A stretch of DNA of 64,000 nucleotides from Lytechinus pictus (Eukaryota). The notes under the pieces are model-generated. The model had not been told where the DNA came from. It saw nothing but the letters and a program-made list of their open reading frames with translations, and searched no databases. The DNA lies in assembly GCF_037042905.1 (NCBI RefSeq), contig NC_087253.1, positions 992,001-1,056,000 of the forward strand, given 5' to 3'. The translations under genes and the position numbers were made by a program. The number at the start of each line of letters is the position of its first letter. The first letter of the stretch is position 1. Of this stretch, positions 26,801 through 41,800 are shown piece after piece.

Positions 26801-29800
26801 GGAACGTTGGCAGTGGCAATGATCAAAATGCATTAGCACCAGGACTAAAGTCTCTCAATTATGTCTAAACATCGCTATTTACTGGACTATATTCAAATAA
26901 GCTTATAGTCATCATGTGTGAACACCACTATTGCAACTGGGAGAAAAAAAACATATGGCCATTCATCTGATCATGCCTTTTAACTGGTTGTATGAAATAA
27001 GCTTATGGCCATCCGTCTGAACATAACTATTGCAGACTGGTACATGGTAGAGAGGAGTAAAGCATATGGCCATCACATCATATCTGAAAGCGGGTCCTTG
27101 TCAGAGATTTGGATAAAATTAGAGAGGATCTCTCGTCACTAGATCTAACGCCTCATTGGAACTTATGATGAGCTCACCAGCCTCTTATGTACAAGTGAGT
27201 TCACACATGATATAAATCATGTTTTCACCAAGACTAATCCATTCAAACAACATCATTACAAAGTATAGTTATTACTACTATCACTACTCACAGCTACATA
27301 TGTATGGCAATATGAACTGTATTAACCTTTTTTTTGGGGGGGGAGGGGTAAATGTATGTATGCCCCAGAACTAAAGCGACCAAGCTGACAAGAAAATTTT
27401 CATGTAGTGATATTCTAATTGAAATTTGAAGAGCACCTTTTTCAGTGTGTTTGGGGAAACTTTATAAACAAAATTGAGGTTTTTTAACTTTCTAGGAGCA
27501 ACTGCCCTCCCCCTGTACTTTCCTTTGCTGTCTATGGCCATGCTCAAAACAACCAGAAGAAATTCAACAATTTTGAAGGCACCCAGAATTCCATTTCTTG
27601 GTAAACATACTGCACATGAATGAGAAGATTGCTTTTGATACAACTCTACTATGTTCATTTTCAAACATGACGATCATGACAAGCTAGACCTATTCTAGGT
27701 TTGACGACAAGATCATGTAACAATGACTGAAACCCAATAATGAAGTTCATTTCTTTCGCTAGAATGGTATGCTTTTATTTCCACTTCTTTGCCTTGACAC
27801 AAATGTGTTTAGAAATATCATGTTACTAGTTTGTGAATACTTGTGAATATCCTTGCCATTATTCAAGACACATCAATGTGGAAAATATTGTGACAAGCTA
27901 CAGACTGTAACAGCGTACATTTTTTAGTGAAAGCTAAATATTTTTAGTCATTTTCAAGAAGAGAGTAATATTTATATTATATTGACTGGCCTTGAGGGGA
28001 ACATCAAATATGTCGCTCGCAAAAGAATCATATTGGCCCGAGTCTTCAGACGAGGGCAATATGGTTGTTTTAAGGGCGACATATTTGATGTTTCCTGAAA
28101 GAGCCAGTCAATATAATTATTACCTAAGGCTGTACAATGTGTAATTCAAGTCCAAATCAAGCTACTATTTGGAACAATTTACATGCCTGTTTGCATATCG
28201 CTACTTCTGATTTCAGGTTATTCACAAACTTAGCGAAGTAACCCTTAATAAGCAGTTGTGACGTAAATTGTTACCTTGCAGTCGCGCATCATGCATGGCA
28301 CGCACATACACTTAACACGTAGAAATCTACAATGCGTTGGTTCATAAACTGGTTCCAGCCAGATTTTTCAAATACTGAAAATAGCGATCAAAATCGGCTT
28401 CTACTGCACAAGCGCATTAGCAGAAATATGGCCAATATGGCCAATATTGCCCTCTGTTTTGTACAGGTTTCCTATGGGCAAAGCCCGGGGAGGGCAACAT
28501 GGCAAAGGTTTACCTCGTTGGTCTCGGATTGAAAGTAGCGAGCGAAATATGACTTTTATTATCTCCTAAAATGCCTTGTATAGGTAATAATTCTTTTTAC
28601 TTTTATAATAGATTTTAATCTATAGCAGCTAGGTAAGATCTCTGCAGCAATTGGTGCATTGGACACAAGCTTGTCAAAGCACCATTAACAACAACAATAG
28701 ATTGCAATGGTATATTAAACACAGCATGGACCTACTCACAATCATCACAGGTATGAGCAAGAAGAAATTACATACAGTGTATCCATGAAAATAGAGACCA
28801 GGGCAGGCACTAAAGTCGAATCAACAGTGTGTCTCCAGAGCAAGTGACACACAACTTCCATTTCAAATATATTACTAAAACTATCAAGATTTTATCATTT
28901 TTAATCACTTTTATTTTTTACTCTGGTTTCTTTTTCAACCCCTGAAAAGCACCAAGGGCATCTGCCCCTCCCCCTTTCCTCTCCTGCCCCACATATTTAT
29001 GTTCATTATTTGATGGCTTCCAGATAATACATGACAAGCTACTTTAAAAAGATTGTGTTTTGCTTACGACATGGTTACACCAACAAAATCAATTCTAGAC
29101 AACCTTTACGTTATTTTGAATAGTGTAACCATTAGTCGGATTAGAGTTGGTTACGTTGGTGTCTGTTTCACCCAGCAAACCCGGGCTGTTTTATAAAGAA
29201 CTTTATAAAGATTACAGTAGTAACTTACAATAGAACCCTTGGTTTTAATTGACTGAGCCCTGTTACCATGGTAGATATCATAGTTCTAATTTGTCGTAAT
29301 CTTATTCTTCATAAAACAGGCCCTAAATTGTTGAAAGTAATGCAATATGCTGAAAAATAATCCAGAATTTCACTCGATATAGTTTCAAAACCGCTTTGGC
29401 CAGCTGTGTACAAAATTTAATACTGAATTTTCTTTTCCTATTCTGTAACTTGATGAGATAGAAGAACAAAGAGGTTGTACAGTATTATTTCTTGGTGTAA
29501 ATGGGTCTCTGTGTACAGGTATGTGTGACTCTATCATGTAAACAACATGGGTTGTAGCATTCTTCACAATCCACTCATTCTTACTTATACAGAAAGCATG
29601 AAGTGAAATTGAAAATAGAGCTTACATGTATCTGTCTGGTCTGCTTAGCTTGAGAATTGGAATGATACTGTATGTTATAAAGGCAAACAATCTGGGCCCA
29701 ATAATAAACATAAAGCTTTAATAGTAATATATCAAAATCGTGGGGTTGATTTCTAATATTGACTGCATTGATTGATCAATCATTAACATCAGTACTATAA

Positions 29801-32800
29801 AGATACATTGTCAAACATTATATTACAAGGTCCTGTGCATTATCATGACATCAAGTAGTGGTCCATCCATAGGACACAGGGATATATAGAATGTACCCCC
29901 CTGCCAACAAAATTGCCTTTTAATTGGTTTTGGGGAAGGAAATAGCATATTTTCAACCCAAGGGAGAGTGAAGGGGGGGGGGGCAGTGCACTTGAGGGTA
30001 TTGTATTGTTTTGTGAGTATGATTATTTTCCCTTCTTTTCTTTCCTTTTACAATTGGGGTGGGGTTCACAACAAAATTTTCAATAAATATTGAACTTTCT
30101 GCATGCCTACTCTGTCTCTCATATTGATATCAATGATGCACTTTTACTGTAGTCATTCAGAGCATTCCATTCAATTTCTTAAAGATAAATTCCAGTTCTG
30201 GTAACGATCTCAAAATTACTTTTTACAGAATCTAATATAATGACCACCCAAGTGTCTGTTTGTATGAATAAAAAATATGTGCCAAAGGATTCTGGAAGAA
30301 ATTGTGTAATTGCTGAGAAATAAGCAAAATAAGCGTGGATTCGGTCACTTCCGTCGGGTCTTTGTTCCAGCAGTAATTATACACTGTCCCACGTGTGCCT
30401 ATCTGTGTTGGCGATTTTCAGTGTGATCGTATTTCAGCTTAGATTTTATGATTTCACAAAGTTCAGTTTATGTAACTGTATCAAATCTAGATCCACAATG
30501 ATATAGTCTTACTTAACCTTGGTTTTACAGACTTTCTCACGAAATTAGTGTTTTACTGCAACTACTATCATTTAGCTTTAAGGCTTGGTCCCACTGCACT
30601 TACGGATGCAGAGAGGATGTAAAACGGAAAAGAATCTTGCCATCCGTTGAAAAACGTTATGTATCCATTGTGTACTCTTTGCATACGTGTTTCATACGCT
30701 AGAGCTATATCCATCGAGCATCTGTCCACTGTGATTTCATTGTTCACCCATTTTGTCCATTGTCTGGAGCGGATGAAAACGGATGGAGTCGCCCCAAAAT
30801 TTTGCTTGTCCGTTATAAATACGTTTTGTGTTCGTCGGCCAGTGGGACCAGGCCTTTAGGCTACACCCCAAACAAGACAAGAATATCAAATCAAAATGCA
30901 AAACAGTTACTTCTGGAGTGTGATTAATTGTGGTCTTTAATAAACTGCAGGCAACAAAGAATTAAATTCACATTCATCTCTTTGTGAAAGAGACCCTAAT
31001 ATCCTCATTAGAGTATTTATGGATGATAATCACAGCTTTAATAGAGAACAATTTGTGAAAGCGATCTCTCCCTATCCCATTCCAGACTGGTATTCCACCA
31101 ATTTACAAAAACACCATTTTTGGAAGATGATCTTTTTGCCAGAGGAGAGTCTAGGTCATCCTGATCTTCATTATCAAACGTGAAGGATAAAGCCAAAATC
31201 AGGAGTTGGAGTGAGCAAATAATCTCAGTGTTGCCACATGATATTCAAAGGTGCATATGAAGAATTGTATTATATTATATTGAATGGCTCAGAATTATGG
31301 AATACCAGAAAAATTCCAAGAGTTTGGGAAAATATTGGCCCTAACGAGTGGAATATTTCTGGTATTTCATGAAATAAAGCCATCCAATATAATTGGCCAT
31401 GCCAATTTTGGTCATTGGCATGCGACTTACATGTAGTTCATTATGACGTCATTGAGCGTAATTGTGATCTATGCTGCGTATCGCATTGCTTTCATGGTTG
31501 TACGCGTTGTATATTTCATGAATTCATGCATGCGCCCTAGACTGTTGAATATGGTCTCATACTCAACGGTAAACTTTGTACAGGAGCCCGTGGGATATTC
31601 GACGGATTTCTGTCATTTTAGGAATACGCTCTGATACTGCACAGGCAATTGATGCAGACCAGAAATACGCGTTTTTAATGTTGGCCTATGGCTAAAACGC
31701 TCTATAGATAATTCAAAATATTACATATTCAAAAGATATCTATTGAGCATGCTCAGTTCAAAGAAAATATGTTTTTAGCGTGTAACCTATTTGAAACAGA
31801 AAAATAGTGATCATTCCTAGTCCTATATAGAAATTGTTGTTTTGACTATATAAAGTAGGCAAAAATATGTATGTCTACTTGAAATTGCCAAAATAGAGGG
31901 AGGGGGTAAGGGAAATATGAACCAAAAAAGTAAAATTTGCTGAAAATTTACTTGAAACTATTTCAAACACTTACATGTAGCTGGTCATTTTGTTGGATTT
32001 TAAGAATCAATTGTGTGATCATTACAACTTGAAACAACTAGAATTTATTGTTGATCAACACCATAGATGCTATTAGAACATGGGTCTGATACAAACCATC
32101 ACTACCAGCCCCACGCTAGGGACAGTGATTTTCCGTTTCAAAAAATTGCCTTTTCCGTTTCAGCATGTCAGAAAACGGAAATTCCGTTTCCCCATAGACT
32201 TTGTACACACGGAAAACTGACAATTCCGTTTACACATTGAATAGCAAAATCACAACACACTCGCACTGGTCAAAATTAGTATCTGCTACTGTACCAACAA
32301 CACAATAAAATCCGTTCTAATCGGATCTATGTGGGTGCATAAAATATTTTTACACACCCATTTTGCATGTATACATCCTCACCTTTCATATTATTAGCAT
32401 TATTTCACGGTGAAATGATATTTCATCGATAATTTGGGGGGTTTTTGGACATCGTTATCATCAGTCAACGGCTTTTGCCAATCCGCCATCTTGGATTTTA
32501 AGACCACGATATCGTGCTGTTACATCTTCAAACGTAGAGGGCAGCAACACATGACCGTGTACATGTAGTTGAACGATATATGTGTGCATGTGAAGCCCAA
32601 CCCGGCCGGCCGGGTACGGGTACGGTGCGGGGTACAATCGAGTGTGCTGATGTCGAGTGCAGTCACGATGTGTGAATTGTCATGATAGTAGCGAAGTGAG
32701 ATCGTGTTTTCTGGGGTTTTTTGGCCATTTAATATTCTCATTTTGTTGTGATTTTGGAGTAATTTCTGTTGCTATTCTGTGTATTTTGAGGGAAAATACG

Positions 32801-35800
32801 TTTTCCGTGATTTTCCGTTTGAAATGCCACTTTCCGTTTCAAAAGGCCCTTTCCGTGAATTCCGTCCGTTTTCCGCGATCGCGGAAAATCACTGTCCCTA
32901 GGCCCACCCCTCCCCCCTTTCCTGAGAGATGACGTCCATGTTTTGTTGTAAACAAATGCCAATATCACAGCTATTCAATATGTTTTCTTCTTCCACTGGG
33001 AAATCATAATTCCATAAATACCATGTTTATGGGGGTGGAAATTAGTTGAGATAGGTCACAAAGGACAAAATCAGGCATTTTATAGTTGCCAGTAAACCCC
33101 CATTCAGATTATAAATATACACAGTATAGAGCAGTTAATCCAGTCATCTCTGGCTGTGTTAAATCAATACTTCTCTACAATAGAACGGTTGAGGGTGTAT
33201 GCTATAGCTCAACTTCTAAAGTGCATTTTGTTTTCTTTTATTATTCACTCTCAGAAATAAACAATGGGCTTTTTAGTTTCTGCTACATGTATATTGATAA
33301 AAATAATTTTTAATGTAAACAACCATTTGGTCTCATCCCACTTGGTCTAAGAACATCTAAAACCATTGTCCAATTACCATTTGGTCTAACTGCCAATAAG
33401 CCCATAATACTATTTTGTCTAATGTCAAAAGGCCTACCAATTTCATTTAACATATCTATCCACTTCATGTAACATCACTTTATAGTCTACATGTAGCCCT
33501 GTTTATGAATCAAATTTTTATCTGAAAAAAGTGCAAATAATCAGTAGGCCTATATGAAATGGATATGGACAAAAAATATTACAAGGGGGCTCTGCCTCGA
33601 AATGCTCTAAAGAGCACTGAAAATATTAAGAGAGCCCCAGAAAATCACTACTCACTGGAATGTTAAAGTGTATCTAATGTTGCAGATTCGGCAGGAGTTA
33701 GTTTAAGAAGAACATGATTTTTTTCCCCTGATTGGAAATAAGACCATCTCGGTATTAGACTAAAAGAGATGTACATGTATGTACATTAAGACCAAGCATG
33801 GAGCTATTAACACAGAAGGAGATCCTTCTTCCAATTCCTCTGTTAATCCTTTGTTATCGCTTCCTTCTGGCGAAGGAACGATTTCTAACATCCATCGGAG
33901 AGACGCCAGGCGAAAGTAAGAGCCCGCTTACGTAATGCGATAAGCCTGCTCGTAAAATCTGAGGTCAGTGATTTTTTTAAGGTCCCTGCGATGCACCGCC
34001 ATAAACGACGTTCTTTCACATAACTTCCCTTCAGCTCTGTTTTTTTCAAAATCGAAACACGACTTGCTGTTCTTCTAATAGTAGACCGGCCAAAACGATT
34101 TTTTATACTTTGGACGGCAAAATTTGTTAATGCTTGCTAATGCTTGGCATCCCAGCTAACAGTCTTGCAAAAATACCCAGGAATAGCGTACGGCCGGATG
34201 CCAAACGCAATTTTGCGTGAACGTGTCATTTTAGCATAAAATCTGAAAGAATGTCGAAAATCACGCATTTTGATATTTTGACGGATTATCATCATATTTT
34301 TTATTATCTTTCATATGAAATTATTTTTCAAGATTTTCCAAAGGGGGGGGGCAATTTTTTGGAGGATATTTCGTCCGCGAAAAAAAATTACAAGCAAAAA
34401 TAAAGGATTTTGTACCAATAAAAAAATCGTCAGGGGGGCAGTCTGCCCCCCCCCTTTATGCTAGTGGTATATTATCTTGAAAACGGGATACTTTCAGCTC
34501 CATGTAATCCTTTCGGACACTACACATGACCTTAGGCAGCGGGGGAGGGGGGGGGAGAGGCAGTTGCGGCCAGAAATTTTGTAACTCGTTTTAAGTATGT
34601 ACTTATTCATGTAATTATGTTAACAATTTACAGTATCTTCAATTTTACATTCAAAAGGCCCCCCCCCCCCTTCCCGCTAAATTTTGCATACCCCCTTTCG
34701 GAAAATGTTTCTTCCATCTTACTTGAAAATTCTTTTAATATTTGTGACATTAGAAACGATCGATATTCAATAGATGAACCAATTTAAATCGAAGAATTTA
34801 AGTTGTAAAAAAACTTAGAACTATTGATAGTGTTCACAAACTTCTATTTTGAGTAAATCACGATTTTTTATGTCGTATTGCCATATATGTGTGTGTAATA
34901 TTCCAAATTGAAATGTATATTTAGTAGACTTATAATTTGAAACTCTGAATAAAAATAATTTCATATCAAAGATAACCAAAAATATGATGATAATCCATCA
35001 AAATATCAAAATGCGTGATTTTCGACAGTCTTTCAGATTTCACGCTAAAAATGATACTTTCACGCAAAAGTGCACTTGGCATCCGCCCGTACGTTATTCC
35101 TCAGTATTTCCGCAAGAATTTGAGCTGGGATGCAAAGAATTGACAAATTGTGCTATTCAATTAAAAACTCGCTTTAGTGTGTACATATACATGTAATTAA
35201 AAACTCGCTTTAGTACAGTATGTACTTATACATGTATGTAATAATGTACATAATGTACGTTTTTTTCAATTTTTCTTTCAAAATGCGCACCTGGTAAAAT
35301 GCACATTGTCTCCTTTCGGATAACATAAAATGAGATATATTCCATCTTACTTGAACATTCTTTTAATATTTATGGCATTAGGACATTTACTATACATTTG
35401 ATTGAGAATCGTATTTAAATCGAAGAATTTAAGTTGCGTAAAAAACTTTAAACTATTGATAGTTTTCACAAACTTTTATTTTGAGGAAATCGCGGTTTTA
35501 TGTTTCCCTGTGCCATATGTGTGTGTGTAATATTCAAATTTGAAATGCATATTTATGAGACTTATAATTTGAAACTCTGAATAAAAATAATTTCATATGA
35601 AAGATAATAAAAAATATGATGATAATCCGTCAAAATATCAAAATGCGTGATTTTCGACATTCTTTCAGTTTTTACGCTAAAATGACACTTTCGAGCAAAA
35701 TTGCGCTTGGCATCCGGCCGTACGCTATTCCTGGGTATTTTTGCAAGACTTTTAGCTGGGATGCCAAGCATTAACAAATTTTGCCGTCGAATCCTTATCT

Positions 35801-38800
35801 AGAGCACTTTTTGACTTTTGGCCGGTCTACTATAACATCCATATCTCTTCGTACGGATTCCTGATGTACGTCTTTGGTGTATGGTTGAACTTCTGAGATA
35901 AACCCTTTGCATACATACCAAATACGTTACAATCTGATTCCACCCAGCTACAGTACGTACAGAGAAAGTTGTTATTTAGTCATTTATGTCTGTCTTTCTT
36001 GCTTTATTTAAACCTTTTCCTGAATGCTCCTGTCTTAGAAATTACTATGAGGGCAAAAGGCATACTTTGAACTTTATTTCAATGCTAATATTATTTGTTC
36101 GGTCATGTACGCCTTTAAAATATAACAACGAATCTACAGGGCATTTCTACGGCGATTGTCGCATCGTCGAGTTTCCTCCGCTGCCCCACGTACTCCTATT
36201 TGTGTAAGTTGAAGGTGAGTCTGATGACGGAGCTCCGAGCTCGCGCGCTCAGCTCATTCACACAGTACAAGCCTCAGCTCCGGACCGTTTTGGAAAAATA
36301 TTAGAATTGACGAATTTGAAGAGATAAATCTAGACCTAACTTTTATGACACTTCCTTGATTATGATCTGTAAATTCTATTATTACCCATTGGGTCCGAAT
36401 ATCAGTGTTTTAAATTGCATTCGATCAACTTTCCCTATCTGATTTACGAGCGGTCTGCGCCTGTGAGTGTGAAAGTGCCGTGATGGACCACCCTGCTCTG
36501 TGGGGATTAGCGGTGCATGGGGGGTGGGGCAAAGCGTTCGAGAGAGCCAGATCTCCTTGTGTTTAATAATAGAGTGTTTTAGGAGCAGTGAACGAGAACG
36601 GCGTAGCAGTCGTCTGATTGTTTGAGTCAACGTCGTCGTCTGCCCTTGCTCACTACAGATGCGAATATTTTAGATTTCACTCGACTTGTACGTGTACGTA
36701 CGTCCACGTGAAACAGCGCGATAACCAGCGGGTCATGACACGCTGCCCAACCCGGAAGATCTGGCGTACCATCGCCTGGCGACCTGGTCGGGTGATGCGA
36801 AGGTGCACACTTGTGCACACTTGCCCTTTCACTTGCTTTGATTCCTTTTTACGTGAGTTAGGATATATATTTCGATGTATATTTTGGAGATCAGAAATCT
36901 ATTTCAAATATGATAAACAAAATGCATCATACAACTCACATTAATTTTGTGAAAAGTCAATGAAAACTGTGTTTTAAAAGGGAAAGGTTGATCTTCATGC
37001 TGAGCTTGAGCGGTTAAAATGACGTCACTCACGTGCACTTCGACTATGATTTAGGAGAACCGCAGAATGAGTGTGGCGAGGTTCTCGATTCTGATAGTCG
37101 ACGTGTGTGAGGACCTGAGGCATATGGCAGGCCAAAAAATGACGTCATCTCGTACCAGTCGTCTTATGTCGACGTACGTTTCTAAAAGTGCTCAATAGCT
37201 CCATGGACCAAGTGATAATTAAACCAAATGAATATTAACCCATACATATACATGTACTCTCCTTCCCTCTGGGTACATGTAGAAAGACTGCTAATCATAT
37301 TATTAGCTTACTATGCATCAATGAACAAACAACATCAGTACTAAACATATGACATTCAACCATACTGCATGAGTAATGACACAATCCAATAATGTGATGT
37401 TTAGCTGTAAGAAGGGCACAGGCCTTTCATGCTTTATATTGGAACATTCGCCCTTTTGCCAGGCATGACACTTTCATTACAACAATCTGTTCAGTTCTCT
37501 AAAAGCTCAAGTATGAAGACAAATACAATACGGGACTATATACATGTATGTACAAGGTATAACTGGTACTTCATGTACATGTACATGAGTGTGGATATTG
37601 TAATATCATCTTCATACAGAAGGAAATTACAACAAAAAAAACTCTTGATTGTCAAATTTCTAATAAAACTATTTGTAAGCATACATATCTCCTAAACTTT
37701 AATGTATTAAACTGAGTTATAATACTGTCAGATCCAGGGGAATAAAATTCCCTGGTCAGATTATATGATGCCACTGGGCTGTTTCAATTATTTCTAAATT
37801 GGCATGATTTTAGAGATATGAAAAAGTTTCAACCTTCTTCAGCCTAGACAGTGTTCTCTGTAGACATGAATTACTGGAATGTTTCCTTTTCAGACAATAT
37901 GAGGCTGTTGCTACATGTATATTGCCTTTTCTCAGTGGCCCTCAAAATCTTTAAAGGACAATCCACCCCTACAAAAAGTTGATTTGAATAAAAAGAAAAA
38001 AAATCCAACAAGCATAACACTGAAAATTTCATCAAAATCGGATGTAAAATAAGAAATTTATGACATTGTAAAATTTCGCTTAATTTCATAAATTAGTTAT
38101 ATGCACATCTGGGTCGGTATGCAAATGAGGGAACTGATGACATCACTCACTCACTATTTCTTTCGCATCTTATTATATGAAATATTCTAATTTTCTCCTC
38201 GTTGCCCTATGAAACAAATTTTTATTTCTCCCCAAACATGTGGAATTACAATCATTTAACATTTTATGGTTCAGTCAAGTTGGTCCTTACTGTCAAATCT
38301 GTAAAACTTGAAATATTATTTAATTCAAACAATAAAAAAAAAAAAAAGAATAAGTGAGTGAAGGAAATCATTGATTCTCTCATTTGCACGTAACTAAATT
38401 GTGCATAAACTATTCTATGAAAAATAATAAAGCGAAAAAAATTAAGATGTCATTACATTCTTATTTTACATCCGATTTTGATGAAATGTTCAGCATTATG
38501 CTTGTATGATTTTTCTCTAATATTGATTTAAATCAACAATTTCCGAGGTGGACTTGACCTTTAAATTTTGAGTTTTATCAACAGCCCAGCTGTTGTACAC
38601 AACTGCTATGTATACCAATGAATAATGATTAGTGCACTTACCTGCTTAACTTTTGACATAGGTCTCCATGTAAAACACGATTCCATAATTATACAATGTC
38701 CTGATCACAAACACCTTCCAATCCAAGATACACTACATGTACTGAGTTCCAATATTGAAGACACACAAAACTTTTCAAAAGACAAACTTTCTCTCCAATC

Positions 38801-41800
38801 ACTAATACAACATCCTTCAAAGGGTACAAATCCAATCTGGCATATCAAATCCTTCATTCCTGTCCACTGCCTGGTCTGCATACACCCACACCCCTTTTAA
38901 TCCCTTTCCCCATTACTTAATCCCACAACTGTACCTCTTCCTACACTGTCTTATCGGAAGTATTTAGATCTACCCTGCCTATTCTCCACAGACGTCATTG
39001 GTAGGTCTCTTGCGGAAATCAGTTGGGAAGCTTCACGTTGACTAATCAAGGGACATTGTCTCACAGAAGTGATTAATTATATCAATTAATAGAGATGAAT
39101 ATTAACATGTAGGCATAACCATTGACTTTGGATCAATGATATCTTACATCCCCCCCCCCCCACTCCAACCCCCACATCCAAAACAATAAGAAGCGGAAAC
39201 AAGATCGATAAACCCCAGAAGAAGAAAGAATTCGGCTTTATGTACATGTCATTGTAGAGTAAAGTTTTGGTACAAAAGGACCAATAATGTGAACTATTGC
39301 AATACTCATCTTACATCCAATCTGACTCAAGTGTGGTTGCCACTGCATTCTTTTTCAGTGACAGATTTCATGTAAAAATTTGAATGTTGAATTTAGTTTT
39401 TAATATCTTTTTTTAGTACCAGTAATTGGATATGAGAGAGCAACATGTGTATCCAAGGATCAATCCTGACATTGTCAGCCTATTCTACACTTGAGTAGTG
39501 GTTTTACAATGTTTATTTTCAAGAATACAAAAATATGCAGATATTGACATTGACATCTACAGCAGGCATCCAATCAAAATAAATGTTCCTATAAAATCGT
39601 ATAGATAAAACATCGCTTTGAGTAAAAAAATAACAATGTGACGTAAGACTCTATCTTCACTTTGAATCACTGGATACTGAAGTAAACATTTAAAGGGTCA
39701 TATAGAGACTAAAATTAGTCACATTGATGAAATCTCCTTCATATCCTGATCTAGAAGTGGGAGTCCTATCAAATCTCAGGCATCAGAATGAAGCAATGTT
39801 CAGACGGGAACAACATAATGTCTTTTCATCAAGAAACAACATGTTTCACCTTTATATCACACTTCCCTACATGTTAGTACAGGGCCTATGTGACACTGAA
39901 ACAAGTTTGGATTTTAGGCAAAAAAAAATTGTTGACTTGGCATAACAGGCCAATGAAAATTTGGGTAGATTTTTTTTGTACATGTACATTTTTAATTTCA
40001 TAAATGTTTACAGTGTATATTGTTTGAATGCGACTACCCGTTCAAGTGCTTCTAAAACTTACAATATCTCCAGCTGTTGTTCATTATCTGTCTAATTTTA
40101 GAAGTGTGCTGAAATGTTGGCAAAGTTGTTATAACGTTATGCATGTATAAACAATCAAATATACAGGACCTATAACATGTGTACATTAATTACTACAGAA
40201 TGTACAAAAATACTTACCCGGTACACAAAAAGCAGAAAAGAATGAGAGAGAAAAATATAATTGAAGATTTTGTGAAATTCCATCAATAAATAACAAAATC
40301 ACTATTTCAAAGTTAACTATAACACATAATTATTATCATCATCAACAAAAACTTGAACATTCATTAAAAATATATTTTTGGATCCTTCATCTCCCAAGAT
40401 ACATACAACCTTCTAGCTCTCAAAGTCCCCTAGTAAATGCCTTTTAGAAGGAACACACAATAAGGGGTCTTGTTTGATTTCAGAACCAATCTTCTCCCAT
40501 CTACCATCATCATAAATTTCTGTCTGTCAGAGCAATAAACAAAAAGTAAATTTCATGCATTCTTGGGCTACCAGCTGGAATGCATCATAGGGTCAAAGTT
40601 CAATTCCAAGTCCAACCAAGTTCAGAGGATTAGTCTCCAAATGCAGACCTACATGTATTGATGAGATTTTTTTTTACATTATCAATATTGTTTTTCAGGA
40701 GAGATGGGGTAACCCACAGAATATAGTCACTCTGCCAGGCAGCGAAGATAGCTAGTTTGTTTAAAAAGAATGTATAACAGAGTCACATCTAAAATTAACA
40801 AGAAAACAAAACAATGAATACTTTGGATGGTTTTCACTTAATTTCAATTAAATGTTAACTTTACATCTTTAATGTGTCATAGCTGGTATGGTCTTTTGTC
40901 TGAATGTAAATCCATGTTGGCATCAATTGATCTGGGATGCTTTCTACAAACATGTATGTGAGGGGGTTCAGATCTCTGATTGAAAAAAAGTTTCAAAATA
41001 TAGACTCACTGACATTGATTGATTACCATGAGTCATTATATGACCAATAGTAATGATACGCTGGATTAGAATAAATCTATTACCAGTATGTTTGAATTGG
41101 AAATCCAATTAGTATAAAAGCTCTGAAGATTTATCTCATACATTGAACCTATTGAGTCTTAATGTTAACAAATTTTCAGAATTTGTTTAAGATCGGTATG
41201 CTCGATCTGTATAGTCTCGTATAGACTTTTTTACTTTCTGATTCTGATCTCACAATAATGAAGTGAGGACGAAGATGATCTCACAAAATTGCGAATTCAA
41301 GATTATTAAGTAAAGGATATTAAATAATCAAAACTAGTACATATATAAAGAATCTTTATTATAGAGTTAAATACCTAAACAGAGCTGTATTATTACTCAG
41401 TCATGTAAACTAGAAGGAATTATGATGCCTAATTTTTGTCTTAGCTTAACTGCTCACTTGCCTTTTTTTTACACAGAGCAAAAAAAAAAAAATGATTAAT
41501 TTGGTTTTTAAATCATCACTTCCCACGGATATAATAAAGGAGGAACAAGTACATGTATGCTGATTTCTTTTGGGAACTTTACTGAATATACTGAAGAAAT
41601 TTGATAACTTACTTCATATTATAAAAAAAATATTGAACAATAAACTGCAATGACATCATTTCAACCAAGATTTATTCTTTTTTAAATGCATAATTTGATT
41701 TTTTTTATGCAATTCTCATGGATACAAAAAATGGGAATCATGATATTGTTGATTTCTTTTGGGAATTCTGCTGAATCGACTGAAGAAAATTGATTAAACT

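Noticed and set aside
36382-36944. ORFs in the P-like element as transposase remnants
   Set aside because: No THAP or DDE motifs recognisable
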